64,000 nt of DNA from Paragordius varius (lineage: Eukaryota; Animalia; Nematomorpha): positions 13,471,746-13,535,745 of the forward strand of contig OZ176054.1 in assembly GCA_964247055.1 (NCBI GenBank), written 5' to 3'. The position numbers and the translations under genes were made by a program. This document shows, piece by piece, positions 1 through 12,934 of this stretch (the stretch's first letter is position 1; the number at the start of each line of letters is the position of its first letter). Below the pieces are notes generated by a model. That model did no database searches and was not told where the DNA came from. It saw nothing but the letters and a program-made list of their open reading frames with translations.

Positions 1-373
1 ATCTGTGGTTTGTTTTGATGGTGTAGAATTAGATAAGGTTAAATAGGTATATTCAAATTACAAATTTAAATTACAGCAATTATTCAAAAATATTTTGAAT
101 GCCCCTTTTATCGATTCCACCCGATCACTCGTGGTGCTCATATACTTGAACAGATAATTGAGTTAATAAAATTTTTCCTTCAATAACGCTCGATAATCCA
201 AACTTATTTAATAAATAAGATTCTCTAAGCCATAGTTCCTTTATTGATAATAAGGTGCATATTGCTTTAAACCGCGGGAAATCTATAAAGATTAATTAAA
301 TTGTATATTCATATTATATGGAGTGTGAGGGCCATGTTCAAAGCTGCACAAATAATATAAATTAATAAAATTA

Positions 374-652
374 CAGTATAATAATTGAAATTATACGGAC
401 AACTAAAAATATAAAGACAAATGTTTTTTCTAGACAACCATACTTTTTTATATTTCATTTTAAAAAGATAACTCATTGTTGTTTTAAATTGCAAAGTATA
501 AAATTGATATGTATATTGGTTAAATCACTTATATATTTTACAATTGTAATTATATAATTTATGTGAGATTAAAATTTTTTAAAAGTATGGTTGTCTTTTA
601 GAAAAAAGTATTTGTCTATATATATTTGTCCGTATAATTTAAATTTTTACTG
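374..652. mobile_element. ~280-bp Tc1/mariner-type MITE (family M1)
   Basis: TA|CAGT...ACTG|TA ends; long imperfect TIRs (CAGTAAAAATTGAAATTATACGGACAAAA...AAGACAAATATTTTTT...AAAGACAACCATAC); many copies in window. Confidence 0.85.
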
Positions 653-757
653 TACTTTCGAATAAAAAGATTATGAAATTCTAACTTAAAAAATGTCTTT
701 ATGATTCAGTGGTAACTATAATAATAAATAAAATCCGAAATTGAATATTACCACTTT

Positions 758-759
<2 letters not shown>

Positions 760-828
<69 letters not shown>
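760..828. repeat. (TA)n microsatellite
   Basis: About 34 consecutive TA units. Confidence 0.98.
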
Positions 829-834
<6 letters not shown>

Positions 835-1768
835 TCTTGTAGGAGGTGTTCTATCAATGATTATCAGGTTACGAATTGGAGCATTTGTGTGCTTGAATTA
901 TAATTAAAGGCATAAATTTGGATAATAATGCTAAAATGCATTAAAAAATATTTCTAACCACTTTTACTGATTATCATATGTAGTAGCAAGCGATACTTTA
1001 ATAAAAAGTTATGAAAATAAAATGGCGGAAAAATAATTTGATGTTTGCAATATATTTCTCAACACTTAATTTATTTATATTATTTTGCATAATTAATATA
1101 TTAGTTAAAAGAAAAATAATTTATTGGAATCGCCTTTTTTAATAATTGCTTAATGCAAGGGCTTGGAATAACTAGATAATACTTTAGATCGAAGAGTTAA
1201 AGTCATCTCCAAAATTTTCTCGTTGATCATACTTTTTGACGCATCAACATTTTTGAGTTGAATATGGTTTGCAATCATTGTACATCTTGCCCTTTTTTAT
1301 GGGGCATGTTTTGGGCTACTAAAAGGTATTTTGGCGAATATATATTTATCCAAAAACATATTGAAAACTTAAATAATTAACAGTTTTGTAAATTATTCCG
1401 TCTAAAATTTGGATATATTTTACGCAATTGACACTTATCTGACTCTAGTAATGAATATAAACCAAAATGCCTCTCAAAATTAAAATGCTTTTATAGTTTT
1501 TTAATGCACAAGGCACACAAAAACTATTTAATAAAATATTCTGATATAAATGTATCACATCCTCATGGTGCTTAAATTTTGGAGACCAGACAAAAATTTA
1601 AAATCAAAAAAAGGTTATTTTTGAAAAATGGATATTTTGCTAATAATGTTTTGAAGCATGGTGGGAAAACGGTATAACACCTTTCAGATATTATAAAATC
1701 ACTTTTCTATATTTTTCATAATGCTGAATATCCTAAGATTTATCGTTCACCTTCAATTTAACCAAATA

Positions 1769-2051
1769 CAGTAAATTTTAAAATTATACACAAAACGTAA
1801 AAATATAAAGACAAATATTTTTTTCAAAAGACAAACATACTTTTTTATACCTTAATTTTTCTCTTATACACATTTTTAAAATATATAATTGATTGTTTTA
1901 CCGATCTACATATCGTTTTCATACTTTGCAATTGTTTAAAACCATTATTTATTTTTAAAATAATTAAAATTTAAAAAGTATGATTGTTTTATAGAAAAAA
2001 TATTTGTCTTGATATTTTTACGTTTTGTCCGTATAATTTCAGTTTTTACAG
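1769..2051. mobile_element. MITE family M1 copy
   Basis: TA|CAGTAAATTTT start and matching inverted end; same internal motifs as 374-652. Confidence 0.8.
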
Positions 2052-2532
2052 TAAGATAAAATAAGCCCCCTTATAAATCATTTTAAAAATTTAATTGTTC
2101 ATTGGTTCTATGGGACAAACTTTGGGAAAATGCATATGTTGTTGCAACGTCAAAAAGCCCCAATATATTGAATATTATGAGAAAAAATCTCTTTAATTTT
2201 ATAAAATTATCGAAATCTCCATGATTATTTAAGTCGGGCTTTTTATCAGAATAGATAACCATAACAGAAACGATGCATTAATTTTTTACAATTACGTAAT
2301 TTCATTAGGCTGCAAATATTTAATTAATAACATATAAAATAAGAAAAACATTTCGATACGGCTTAAAAATATTATCCTAAATGGTTTGAAAAAAATCAAT
2401 AATGATTTAAACGTTACAAAATTTTAGAAATGTATCATAGTAATATTGAATTCATGTTTAAATATAATATGAGTGGAGAGGCACCCAATATAACTTTATT
2501 TATTATCAATACTAGTAATTACATTTACATAA

Positions 2533-4236
2533 CTAATAAATATATAGATTAATAAAATGTTTTATAGTATTTATCCATTTGATGCAAAAATTTGTAACAC
2601 CGATTCTATATAACTGATTAAAGGTTAAATTGAAATAAAATGTTCCGTTTATATAAACATATTCCAACAGTTGAAGAAAAGACATGAGATTATATAGTAG
2701 GGATGTTGAAACATTTTTGACCACCAAAAATTCCCAAGTCATTTGGGCAATTGAGAGTGGTAACAAAAAACACACAAATTCCACTGATAAAATAATCATG
2801 GTTCTTATGTGTTCTTTGTTACGAAGCTCCTTTTTCCTCAGTAAACTTGAACGACACGGTATAATTTCATGAGTTGATAAATTTCGGGTATCAGGATTAG
2901 GGCTGATTTTGTTAACAGACCTAACATGCTCTATAGTGGGCCAAACCTTCGGGCTTCTTGAGAATTTTGTTTTATTTACAGAATTTGGGTTCAGATAAAC
3001 CCCAAACGCATCATTTGTTTCACAATCCCCACCAATATTAGATGCATCAAAATAAATTTCATTAGCTTGACAAGGTTTTGGTGTAAATTGTTGTTGTTGA
3101 GGATTGGAATGCTTTATATTATCGACAAATTTTATGAGCCAAAATTTGCATCCCATAATTGTTAGGAAAGGCAAAATTCTCAAAAATACTTCGCGTATGA
3201 TTTCATAAGCTATCGCTATGTAATACCATTTGGCATGGGGGTGTATTTTCCGCGTCCTGATAGCAAAAATATCAACGCCGTAATAATTAACAGTGGGTTT
3301 AGTTATGAATCGTGTTTTGGCCACATTTCTTCTAAGCTCTGGGGTCCATTGTATACAAACTTTGAAAACTTCAAACCAATAGAAGACGGGTATGCAAAGC
3401 ATACCACAGTAGAGAAATGTAAAAAGTAGGGCTATTCGCATTTTAGCTTTCGTTATTAATGCCGTGTACATGAACGGTTTATAGATTGCAAAGAATTGAT
3501 TCATAAAGTACAAAACAAAAATTCCATAACCAAAGTTAATCAGTGTTTTCGAGATTATGAGGTGTATGTGAGCCAAATAAAAGTTCCAACCATATCGACC
3601 CCAGATATAATTTGTTATTGTGCTTGAATTTAATTTTATCAACGGTGAAGGGATCATAAACAGGGTGCTCAGTAAATTTGTGCCATAAAACCATTGTAAC
3701 AAATAATTGTTGAAGGAAAGTTTTTTGCCAGATTTTGAAGCTTTCGGTGCATTGGGTTCAAAAATGGACGCTGTAAGATTAGAAAAACTCCAATCCGTTC
3801 CAGTATTTGAGGAAGTTACAAGTGTAATTTTTCGATTATCGATTTGGTTTCGCCCCAAATAATTCTTACCTTTGCTTCGTTTGTGGGGAACTACTGTTGT
3901 ACCATGTGATTGTGACACAATTTTAATCGATTTCAACAATGGTTCCTGAACGGCAAAAGCCAATCCAATCCCATTCCCCAGTAAACCAAGAATGAATAAA
4001 AGTATACTCATAGTTTTATTAATGCAATGCATCCACGTATCCGGGTATAAATTTATTGTATCGTATGAAACACAATGGTAATAACTTGGTCGTTCTCTTA
4101 CCATTAAAGTCGTCTGTGTTTGCAAATCGTATGCCGAGCTAATATTTGTAATTTCCATCGCTGACAAGTTGACAAATTTTGATGTTAACGTTAAATTTAT
4201 TGGGTTGTGGGCAAATTCCATTATATGATTAATCAT
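2533..4236 (-). CDS. Intronless class A (rhodopsin-like) orphan GPCR, 567 aa, peptide-receptor-like
   Basis: Long ORF with seven hydrophobic segments: TM1 LFILGLLGNG, TM3 end NQFFAIYKPF (cf. xRY.AV.HP), TM4 LCIP, TM5 LPFL, TM6 FVCFLLP, TM7 followed by F...YR helix 8; long ICL1 and ICL3. Confidence 0.85.
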   Translation of the reverse strand: MINHIMEFAHNPINLTLTSKFVNLSAMEITNISSAYDLQTQTTLMVRERPSYYHCVSYDTINLYPDTWMHCINKTMSILLFILGLLGNGIGLAFAVQEPLLKSIKIVSQSHGTTVVPHKRSKGKNYLGRNQIDNRKITLVTSSNTGTDWSFSNLTASIFEPNAPKASKSGKKLSFNNYLLQWFYGTNLLSTLFMIPSPLIKLNSSTITNYIWGRYGWNFYLAHIHLIISKTLINFGYGIFVLYFMNQFFAIYKPFMYTALITKAKMRIALLFTFLYCGMLCIPVFYWFEVFKVCIQWTPELRRNVAKTRFITKPTVNYYGVDIFAIRTRKIHPHAKWYYIAIAYEIIREVFLRILPFLTIMGCKFWLIKFVDNIKHSNPQQQQFTPKPCQANEIYFDASNIGGDCETNDAFGVYLNPNSVNKTKFSRSPKVWPTIEHVRSVNKISPNPDTRNLSTHEIIPCRSSLLRKKELRNKEHIRTMIILSVEFVCFLLPLSIAQMTWEFLVVKNVSTSLLYNLMSFLQLLEYVYINGTFYFNLTFNQLYRIGVTNFCIKWINTIKHFINLYIY

Positions 4237-5210
4237 GATTATTTACCAATTAATTATTAATTTTATCACATAATTTTTGAATATGCACGTATAATATATG
4301 TAAGCACATCATAAATAATTTATGTTAAAGGAAGCCCCAAAACTTGTAAATACCTTGCGCGATTTATTGTAAAAAAATTATGTTTTTGCAAAAATATTTA
4401 CAATTCAAAAAGAGTTGCTGTATTTAAAATAAGCGCTCAATATTTAGTTGGTATAGTTAAGAGGTACAAGGAAGAAAAAAACGTTTTTAATAACGTCAAA
4501 GGGTAATTAATTACTTAATTAGAGTTCACTTTTTTTCCTTATATATAGACTGATATGAATGCTTTGAAAAATGAAATTGATAGAAAATAGGAAATCTAAA
4601 TTTAACGTATATTGCGTTTTTAATAATTATCCAAAAATAACATGATAATAATATTATTAATATTATCATTATGATATGGGGGTACTGCTAAATTTTAAAA
4701 GTATATCATATTTATTTGATTATATTTGAAATTAAAAAGAATAACCCATAAAAATATGAAAATGTTTAAATTTAAACTTTCTTAAAAATATATCACAATT
4801 ATATTTATGTGTCCCTTCACATTATATGTGTATACAATTCAATAGATGTTTGATTTAAGAGATCCAAAACGTTGGAAAATGGGTGTAGTGAGCAAAATAA
4901 TGGTATTAATTAGAGTTTAAAATCAGGCTATTTGTTTGACTTAATACATAATAAAAGCAAAAATAATTTTTCTTTTCATGTCACAAAAAAAGATATTGTT
5001 CGGATAATCGCGTATTCCTATTATATAGAATGGTATGAAAATAATATCTTAATAAAAACGGTCATTTTAATTCTGTGTATTATAAAGCAGTTGTAACTAA
5101 AAATCATGAATGGTCAAATATCATATTTTTTGTCTCAAGGGTCGTGTACCATATAATGCGACAAAAAATGCATTGCTGCTTACATATACACATATTATTA
5201 TACTCAAAAT

Positions 5211-5493
5211 AAGTAGTTCCCAGCCTATTATTGTTCACGCCCCCCAGATTGAAAAAATTCTTGCGCCTTTCCTGCTCTCAAGAAAATAAAAATGAAAAAT
5301 TTATTATAGTATTATAAAAATCTCATTGGAGATCCTTTTATCTGCGATTGCTGAAATAATTTCTGCATATCGAGGACAAATATTGATAAATTGCATCTAA
5401 ATCCTTATTAATCTACACTTTGTTTCTAGTTATATTTTTAATTTCAATTTATCGCGTCCCCTAGATTTTTCTACGCCCCTATTGCAACCACTG
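5211..5493. mobile_element. hAT-type MITE (GCGCCC-motif family)
   Basis: Ends (A)AGTAGTTCCCAG...GCAACCACTG; 8-bp flanks CTCAAAAT / CTCTAAAT (7/8 match); related copies at 52282 and 59186. Confidence 0.6.
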
Positions 5494-5960
5494 CTCTAAA
5501 TCACTACTAAAACTAGATTTTTTGTTTGCGGGCCGCATATTAATCCACACCTGCCAATTAGTTTAATAATAAAAAATATTTTGATAAATTAATATCAATC
5601 ACTTAAAAGAACATTTAATATAGAGGCATGTATGGTAATATAGTTAACATCATAGACAAATCCTATTTAATATGTCGTTTATATGGCATCTAAGTGAACA
5701 AACATAATATAATAAACGCTGGCTTGTCTAAGTTAAGAGAACAGTAAATTTACCTTGTCTTATATTTATTGACTATTTTTAAAATAAACCTTTCTTTGAG
5801 TTTCGTTTAAATATAATATAGGTTTTTATCATTTTCCAATGCGATAATTATAACAAGATACACGGGTGAATGAAAATTACTAAATTAAAAACATTAAAAA
5901 GAGAATCTATTAATAAAATATCAAAACAGATAAAATTATCATTTATATTAGTATTAATTA

Positions 5961-7081
5961 CACTAGACAACAAATTTTAACTTTTTTTAACTGCCATCCT
6001 TGTAAATTTAAAATTTATTTTATTAAAGTACCTAATTAGTATATCTGAAGAAAAAATTTGTCTAGCATGGAAGAATTTTTTTATATTAGAGTTTATCGAT
6101 AATTTTTGGCCCCGATTTAACATTAAACTCGAAATTTCGAAAATTAAAAGTCTTAGATATGAAGCCATATATTTTATATCATTCGAAAGAGCGCAAAAAA
6201 CTGCATCTTTTAAATGGTAGTAAGTCATTTAAATCAACCGGATGTAAAAGTTATATGGATTTAAATGGTCGAAATTTTCAATCCTTAAATAATTCAAGAA
6301 TTTTCACAGACAAACTAATTTGAAAATCATATAAATTATTTTAATATAATTATTAGGGTTATATTAATATTTAATTTTAAAAAAATGTTTGAAAAAGCTT
6401 TTGGTTTGCTTTTTTAATAATAATTATTATTATCATAAATATTTTACCTAGACCTAGTGGATACTAAAATGCATAGTTATAACTGTAAATTTATTACATA
6501 ATGGCTATAAAAGATCAAAAATACCTTAAACTCTGTTTTTATCTTTAAAATTTCGAAATTATCAGCCTTATAAAAAAAATAAATTATTAATATTGATGAG
6601 ATGGTAATTTTTAAAAAACAAAAAACTTAAAAATGGTTGTTTTGAGTGACATAAAAGCAATAAAAAAATGTTTTAATCAAAAAAACTTTTTTGTGTTATC
6701 TTTTTTGGACATTCATCACCATCTAAACAAAGTTTGAGCTATTTTCATCCATTAGTTTTAAAAATATAATAATTAAAAAAAATGCTCTCGCTTCGCGCGT
6801 TTGTCGCTCTTTGTGTCCAATATTAACTGTCGATGTAATACATATTAGTATGTTTATAGAGTTTTTTACTCTTTCGAATGATATATTACAAATGGGCATT
6901 TGTTTTTCAAAGAAAAATATTTTTTAGTAAAATTTTGATAAAGAGGGCGCATAATCAAAAAAATCAAATTATACAAAATTCTTCCAACGAGTTATAATTT
7001 ATTTCAGATTTACTGTTAAAATGATACTAAATATCAGAAAATTCAAAAAACTCGAGTGGCAGAAAAATTTGTTGTCCAGTG
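5961..7081 (+). mobile_element. ~1.12-kb non-autonomous CMC/Chapaev3-like DNA transposon, family C1
   Basis: TIRs CACTAGACAACAAATTTT / AAAATTTGTTGTCCAGTG; TTA duplicated on both sides; inverted near-copy at 21572-22678; no transposase ORF; strand is relative orientation only. Confidence 0.8.
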
Positions 7082-7223
7082 TTATTTGTGTGTTCTTAAC
7101 GCAAAATCTAATAAATTGCACTTTGATTTTAGTTATTTTAAAATTCATATAGCTGGGCCTAACTTTTTTTCAATTATTATCATAAATACAACTAACAATA
7201 AATAAACAATTGAGTTTAAAATA

Positions 7224-7477
7224 CAGTGAAAACTAAAATTATACGGAAAAATCGTAGATATAGAAAGACAAATATTTCTTCTCAAAGACAATCATACTTT
7301 TTAAATTTCCAAAGTATGAAAACGATATGTAGATCGGTAAAACAATCAATTATATATTTTAACATGTTATATAATTTACATGAGAAAAATTAAGGATTAA
7401 AAAGGTATGGTTCTTTTGAAAAAAAATATTTGTGTTTATATTTTTACGTTTTGTCCGTAGAATTTCAACATTTACTA
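7224..7477. mobile_element. MITE family M1 copy
   Basis: TA|CAGTGAAAACTAAAATTATACGG start; inverted end ...TTGTCCGTAGAATTTC...TTTACT. Confidence 0.75.
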
Positions 7478-7691
7478 AAGTACAAAATATATTTTGTAAC
7501 GCGAAATTAGCCTTATTCCGGGAATAAATTAGAGGGTACATTCTCACTAAATCTATGTAAATCGATATCGTAAAAATGTCTCCCTCATGTAAAGAATAAC
7601 CCTTTGAACCTAATTTTGTTATCAATAACTGTTTAATTTATAATATATTTTAATGTTTTTATGGACGCCTATAATTTACTTGCGTTATGAT

Positions 7692-8375
7692 TAGGGTTGA
7701 GCATTTGACTGTTTTTTCAAAAAAGCCCGGTCAGACCCAGTCAGACCATGGTCATGACCACTTTTTACTTAAGGATATATAATCCGATATTGGATGTTGT
7801 GAAAATAATGCTCTAACAACACTTGCGTTTCACTAATTATGTCATTTTATTCTAAAAGTTTGAATTATACATTTTTAGATATTTATTATTTACAAATATT
7901 TTCAATAAGTATTTTAAATAAATTTTGCTACATGTTTGTGGCCTTTTGAATCTTCAAATACACAGCTTTTAATAAGGGATCTTTTAAAAAATGGTTTTAC
8001 CTAGTTTTTTTTACACTTTTTTATCAATGAATTAATATCCAAATATAAAATGTTTTTTATTTTATTGGTTCACATTCAAGGGAAAATTGCATATTTTGCA
8101 CAAAATGGTTTTGTTATTATATAACGGGATATGCTTAAATGCTTATGTTATTACATGTTTAACAATTTTTGATATATTGTTAAATAAGCATATTTGAATA
8201 TAAATTAATTAATACATTTAATTATTTAATTTATATAACATATATTAAAAAAACAATAAAATCTTGCTACCTCTCTTTCAAAAAAAATTTACTAGCGATT
8301 TTTTATAAAACGGTGTTTTTTCAAATGACCATGGTTAAAAAATAAATAGTCACTATCCTGGTCATGACATCCCTA
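7692..8375. mobile_element. Possible non-autonomous hAT-like element
   Basis: TAGGGTTG...CATCCCTA ends, subterminal GGTCATGAC motifs at both ends, 8-bp flanks GTTATGAT / ATTATTAC only 5/8 matching. Confidence 0.4.
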
Positions 8376-10172
8376 ATTATTACGCATATGTAGGAAAACC
8401 GTATAAAATAAGATTAATATGATGAAAATTTGGAATATTATTATTTTTCAATAGTAAAGAAGTTTCACAAAAAGTATAAAAATGCCAGATACATTTAATC
8501 GTATACATATAATATCCTAATTAATGTTAAATCAAAGTCGGTGTATATCAAATGCTATGTTATAGTTTAAAAGCTTTTTATAAAATAAATAGCAAACATT
8601 TTGCCGATTAGAATTCATAGGGTTATTATTTATCAATATTATAGATGTGGGCTCCTCTTCATATCCTATTATATTTCGGCGTATAAAAAAATTGTCAGCA
8701 TAACAAAAAATTTGTCCGCATAACAAAAAATTTATCCGCATATTCAAAATTTTAATCTTTTGATTTTAACAATATGTCTGTTATAAAAAAATTATGTCTG
8801 TTGGTTTAAAAATTCGTCCGGATGATTACATATTTTACTGTAATAATTTAATCAATTATGGTCTAGAAAATAGGATTTTTCAGTACAGTAAGCGATACCA
8901 TCAATCATCTCGTGTAAGCATATATTGTAATCATAGTGTGAAAATTTGGAATCAAAAATGTATTCTATTATATTTTTATATAAAGCATTCAGAATTCGAA
9001 AAATTTTGTGGGTTGTGTTAAACCCAATCGATTAATTAGCTATTTTGAATGATTCAGTTCATAAATATTTTATAATTTAAATGTCTAAACTTAGTAAATC
9101 TGATATTTGTAAAATAGATATTCAAAGTCCGTTTTCAATGAGTCATGATGATATTTAAGCGTCCAAAATCTAAAATTAGATATTTTAAAATAAATTTATA
9201 TGTACTTATAAAAATTTTATTTTTATATGACGGTTTTAGAGCTTGAAAAACTTGACAATATCTTTTTGAAAGTGCCTATTTTATATGCACTCCTTCCCCA
9301 TCATTTTGTAATAGCATATATGGAAACTCCTAAAGTATGAAAAGAAAAGTTGAAGAGTATTAATTAAATTTTAAAATTTTTCACTCTTAAAGCCACTATT
9401 TGTTATTAAATTAGTTTTGATTCATATTTTATCCAAAAAAATTATGTATTTTTTCATCTTAGGTTCCCCGCGTCATCAAATTATGATAATTTGTAAAATA
9501 ATAATTTTAAATCAGGATTTATTTTGTGTGCCATTTATTTTGTAATGTAGTATAATTTGAGGTATTTTAAATTTGAGCAATTACTCATGAGTTTTGATAT
9601 AACGTTTTGAAATGACTTAGTCCCCAAACTAAAAGCGTACCAGAACTTATATTTTGTGTTATTATAAATTTTACCATATTTTACTAAGAAATCTCTAATA
9701 TACCAATGATAATCCTTGCTTAAATATGGGAGTTTAAATTGAATTATTAATTCTTTGTTTACTAATGTTATAAACACTTATTAAAATCAGCCAGCGATAC
9801 ATTTTTTATGTATCACTAACCTAATTATATATAGAGTTTGGAGCTTTTATTACTGTCAAACATGCAAAATTTGTTAGGTATTTGAATTTTTATGGACACA
9901 TTAATCCATTTCGTTTACTTTACACTATAATACCCCTTATATATTTATAATTCAATATGTAATGTATAATTATTCCAAAACTTTATGATTTTAATGGATT
10001 GTGTCCTGTATAATAAGAATAATGATAAAAATGCGTTGTAAAAATTTCGGCGGTAGATAATGGAATGAGGGCTAACATAAACCCCATTTTGACCAGACTA
10101 TATTTGATCATTTTCATTTCTGGCGTAATGCATATATCTGGATTAGGCAATGACACTTCTATTATATATATA

Positions 10173-10451
10173 GAGTAAAAACTAAAATTATACGGATAAA
10201 ACATAAAAATAAAGACAAATATTTTTTTCTAAAAGAAAACCATATTTTGTAAACCTTGATTTTTTTAAATATAAATATTTGTTTTAAATTGCAAATATAA
10301 ATAGTAATGTAAATTGGTAGCACAATCAATGTAGTTTACGATTGTAATTGAATATTTTATATAGCAAAAATTACAAAAAGTATGGTTGTCTTTTATAAAA
10401 AAATTCATGTCTTTATATATTTATATTTTGTCCGTATAATTTTAGTTACTG
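10173..10451. mobile_element. MITE family M1 copy
   Basis: TA|GAGTAAAAACTAAAATTATACGG...TTGTCCGTATAATTTTAGTTACTG|TA. Confidence 0.8.
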
Positions 10452-10926
10452 TATATAATAAATATGAAATTTTACAGGCGAAAAAACGCAAAAATATAGA
10501 CATCTATTTTTTTCAAACGACAACTACTTTATACATAATAACAATGTTTGACACATAAATTTTAACTAAAAAACCGTCAAAACAGGTTTAATTACAAGAA
10601 CCCCCCATATGTAAGCGCGAACAAAAAAATTGAAATGATGAAAATTGTTAAATGAGTTATATTTAAAAAATCAAGTTTATAAAATCAGCGAGCGGTCTAT
10701 TGAAAAAATATTTGTCTTTATAATTTTGCGTTTTAATCTTATTATTTCAATTATACTGTAAATTTTGTTAGAATGGATAAATTTGAAAAAGATATCTGAA
10801 GAAACATCACTAATTATCCGCAATTATAAATAGCTTTTGTCACAAACTAATAAATAATTTATCCATATTTTTTAAAAATATGTTTTATCAAAATTTTAGT
10901 ACTATATATTTAAAATGCCAAATTAA

Positions 10927-11529
10927 TCAGAAATACTGACATATATATATACCTCGCTTTTGTGTTGATGTTAAATCTGGTAGTTTTCCTTTTTGGTGAA
11001 TGAACCTTAAGAGACGACAAGATTTTTCAGGATCCTTGGAATTTTCATTACATATATAATTATTTAAAGTATGATTGGTAGATTTGAAAGTATTAAAGCA
11101 TTTAATATCAAATATTTGGTTTGGTATTTGTTTCCTGTCTTTGACATTGGTAAGACAAACTTGTTTATATAGATATTTATTCTCAAAATGATGTTTTTGG
11201 TTAACATAATTGTTGGTTGTAGGTAGATTGTATATGGATTGATTAAATAATTTATTTGATTTATTTTGTAGCAAAATTGATTTTTTGATTTTATATTTTT
11301 TTCTGTAAGGATTAATATCATCAGATTTTAACGCATATGTTCCCGTCTTTTTCCGTTTAGAAACTGTTTGAGAAATTTTTCTGAAAAAACGATCCCTGAC
11401 CTCTTTGTAAGCCAAAAAGGCCAAAATAATGATGAGTGTAGTGGCAAGAAAAACCGCTATGCGTAATCCTTTCATGGGGTTATAACTTCTAAAAAAATTT
11501 AACCATAAACAGTATAAAATTAACCACAT
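10927..11529 (-). CDS. Probable exon of an unknown single-pass membrane protein
   Basis: 200-codon ORF in very AT-rich DNA; hydrophobic IAVFLATTLIIILAFLAY followed by a basic stop-transfer stretch; possible acceptor TTTTTTTAG near 11490 and donor G|GTATAT near the end; no family recognised. Confidence 0.45.
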   Translation of the reverse strand: MWLILYCLWLNFFRSYNPMKGLRIAVFLATTLIIILAFLAYKEVRDRFFRKISQTVSKRKKTGTYALKSDDINPYRKKYKIKKSILLQNKSNKLFNQSIYNLPTTNNYVNQKHHFENKYLYKQVCLTNVKDRKQIPNQIFDIKCFNTFKSTNHTLNNYICNENSKDPEKSCRLLRFIHQKGKLPDLTSTQKRGIYICQYF

Positions 11530-12934
11530 ATCAAATACAACCTCTTGACAGACATTTCAAATTAAAAATTTTATAAAAGCTTCAACACCTTAAATAATTT
11601 GAGAGTTTTTAAAAATTGTTAAAATAATTAGATATTTAATATTATCAAGTTTACTAATGATTTGTTTTGGCTTTGCTTCATAAATTTATTACAAAAAATT
11701 ATTAATAGTTATTTTGGATGCGGAAGCGATTGTGAAAAATTTAATTATATCATTCAATTTTGTGTTTTTTTAACTGTATGGTTTGTAATAGAATTATATT
11801 TGGATATTTATAAAATAGCTCTAAGCAAATGATTAATATATAAAATTTGAAATATTACATTAAATTAAAATTAATTTTTTAGGTTAAAAAACATATATAA
11901 ATTATAAAATAAAGAGCTCTTACTCATAAAGAATCCGTTTACTTTCTTCTTTAATAGCTGAATACAAATTATGAATTTTAGGAGTCTGGGTTGTTGTATT
12001 CATTTGAAAAAAAATTTGCTATCGAGATATAATTGATATTGGTAAGAAAGAAAAAAATTGAACGTAATTTTCAATTTTTATTCATAAACTTTAAAAGTTT
12101 TCTCACGATTGAATCCAAATGCCACCAATCGGTATTGGCAAAGCGATTGAAATAGATAAAAAAATTTATTGAGCATAATATGTTATATTAAATCACACAC
12201 CTTTAAAATTACTGCTAAAAGATTAGACTAGAACCTTCTAATAATGTCTCTATACGATATAATAATGAGATAAAATAGATAAATCAATAAAGAAGTGAGT
12301 TCGCACTCGCATTGTTTTTAGTTAACCACCTATATATTTTAGATGTGCGCTATTTTTTAAAACGAGAAGATAATACGCGTTTTTAGACAAGATACTCTCA
12401 TGTATACCAGAACGCATAAGCTTTTTATTTTAAATTTAGATATCTATCAACAACACACACAAAACATTGCTATTGTTAAATAGTGTGATTTATTAGTTTT
12501 GTATCACATTTAGATTTATTATTTAATCCGTCTTTAGTTACGTATTAAAATATAGTTAAAATTATATAAACAGTCATGTATCCTTTATTTTATCAAAAAT
12601 TTATTTTTTTCTCGTTAAATGAGTATAAATATTTGGTAAAGAATGGAAAAAACAAGAGTATGGTATTAACAATATCATATTCATCAAAAAAGTATAAGAA
12701 TTACCATAGAGATAGAGCTCTTGTTTTTTCCATTCTTAACTAAATATTTATACCCATTTAACGAAAAAAAATAAATTTTTGATAAAATAAAGGATACATG
12801 ACTGTAATGGAAATATATAACATTATTTTCGAAAAATGATAACATAGATTTAAAACGCTTGAATAAAAATCATGCAGGCAGCAAATTGGGTAGTTGACCC
12901 TTGAAATGGATATTCCAAAGAATATATGTTTATA

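Noticed and set aside
4380-4520. Possible Tc1 helix-turn-helix fragment (GIVKRYKEE)
   Set aside because: Too short and degenerate, with no TIRs or catalytic motifs nearby
11064-11321. 85-aa ORF overlapping the 200-aa ORF in another frame
   Set aside because: Composition (I, N, K, Y rich) is what AT-rich off-frame sequence gives; no independent support
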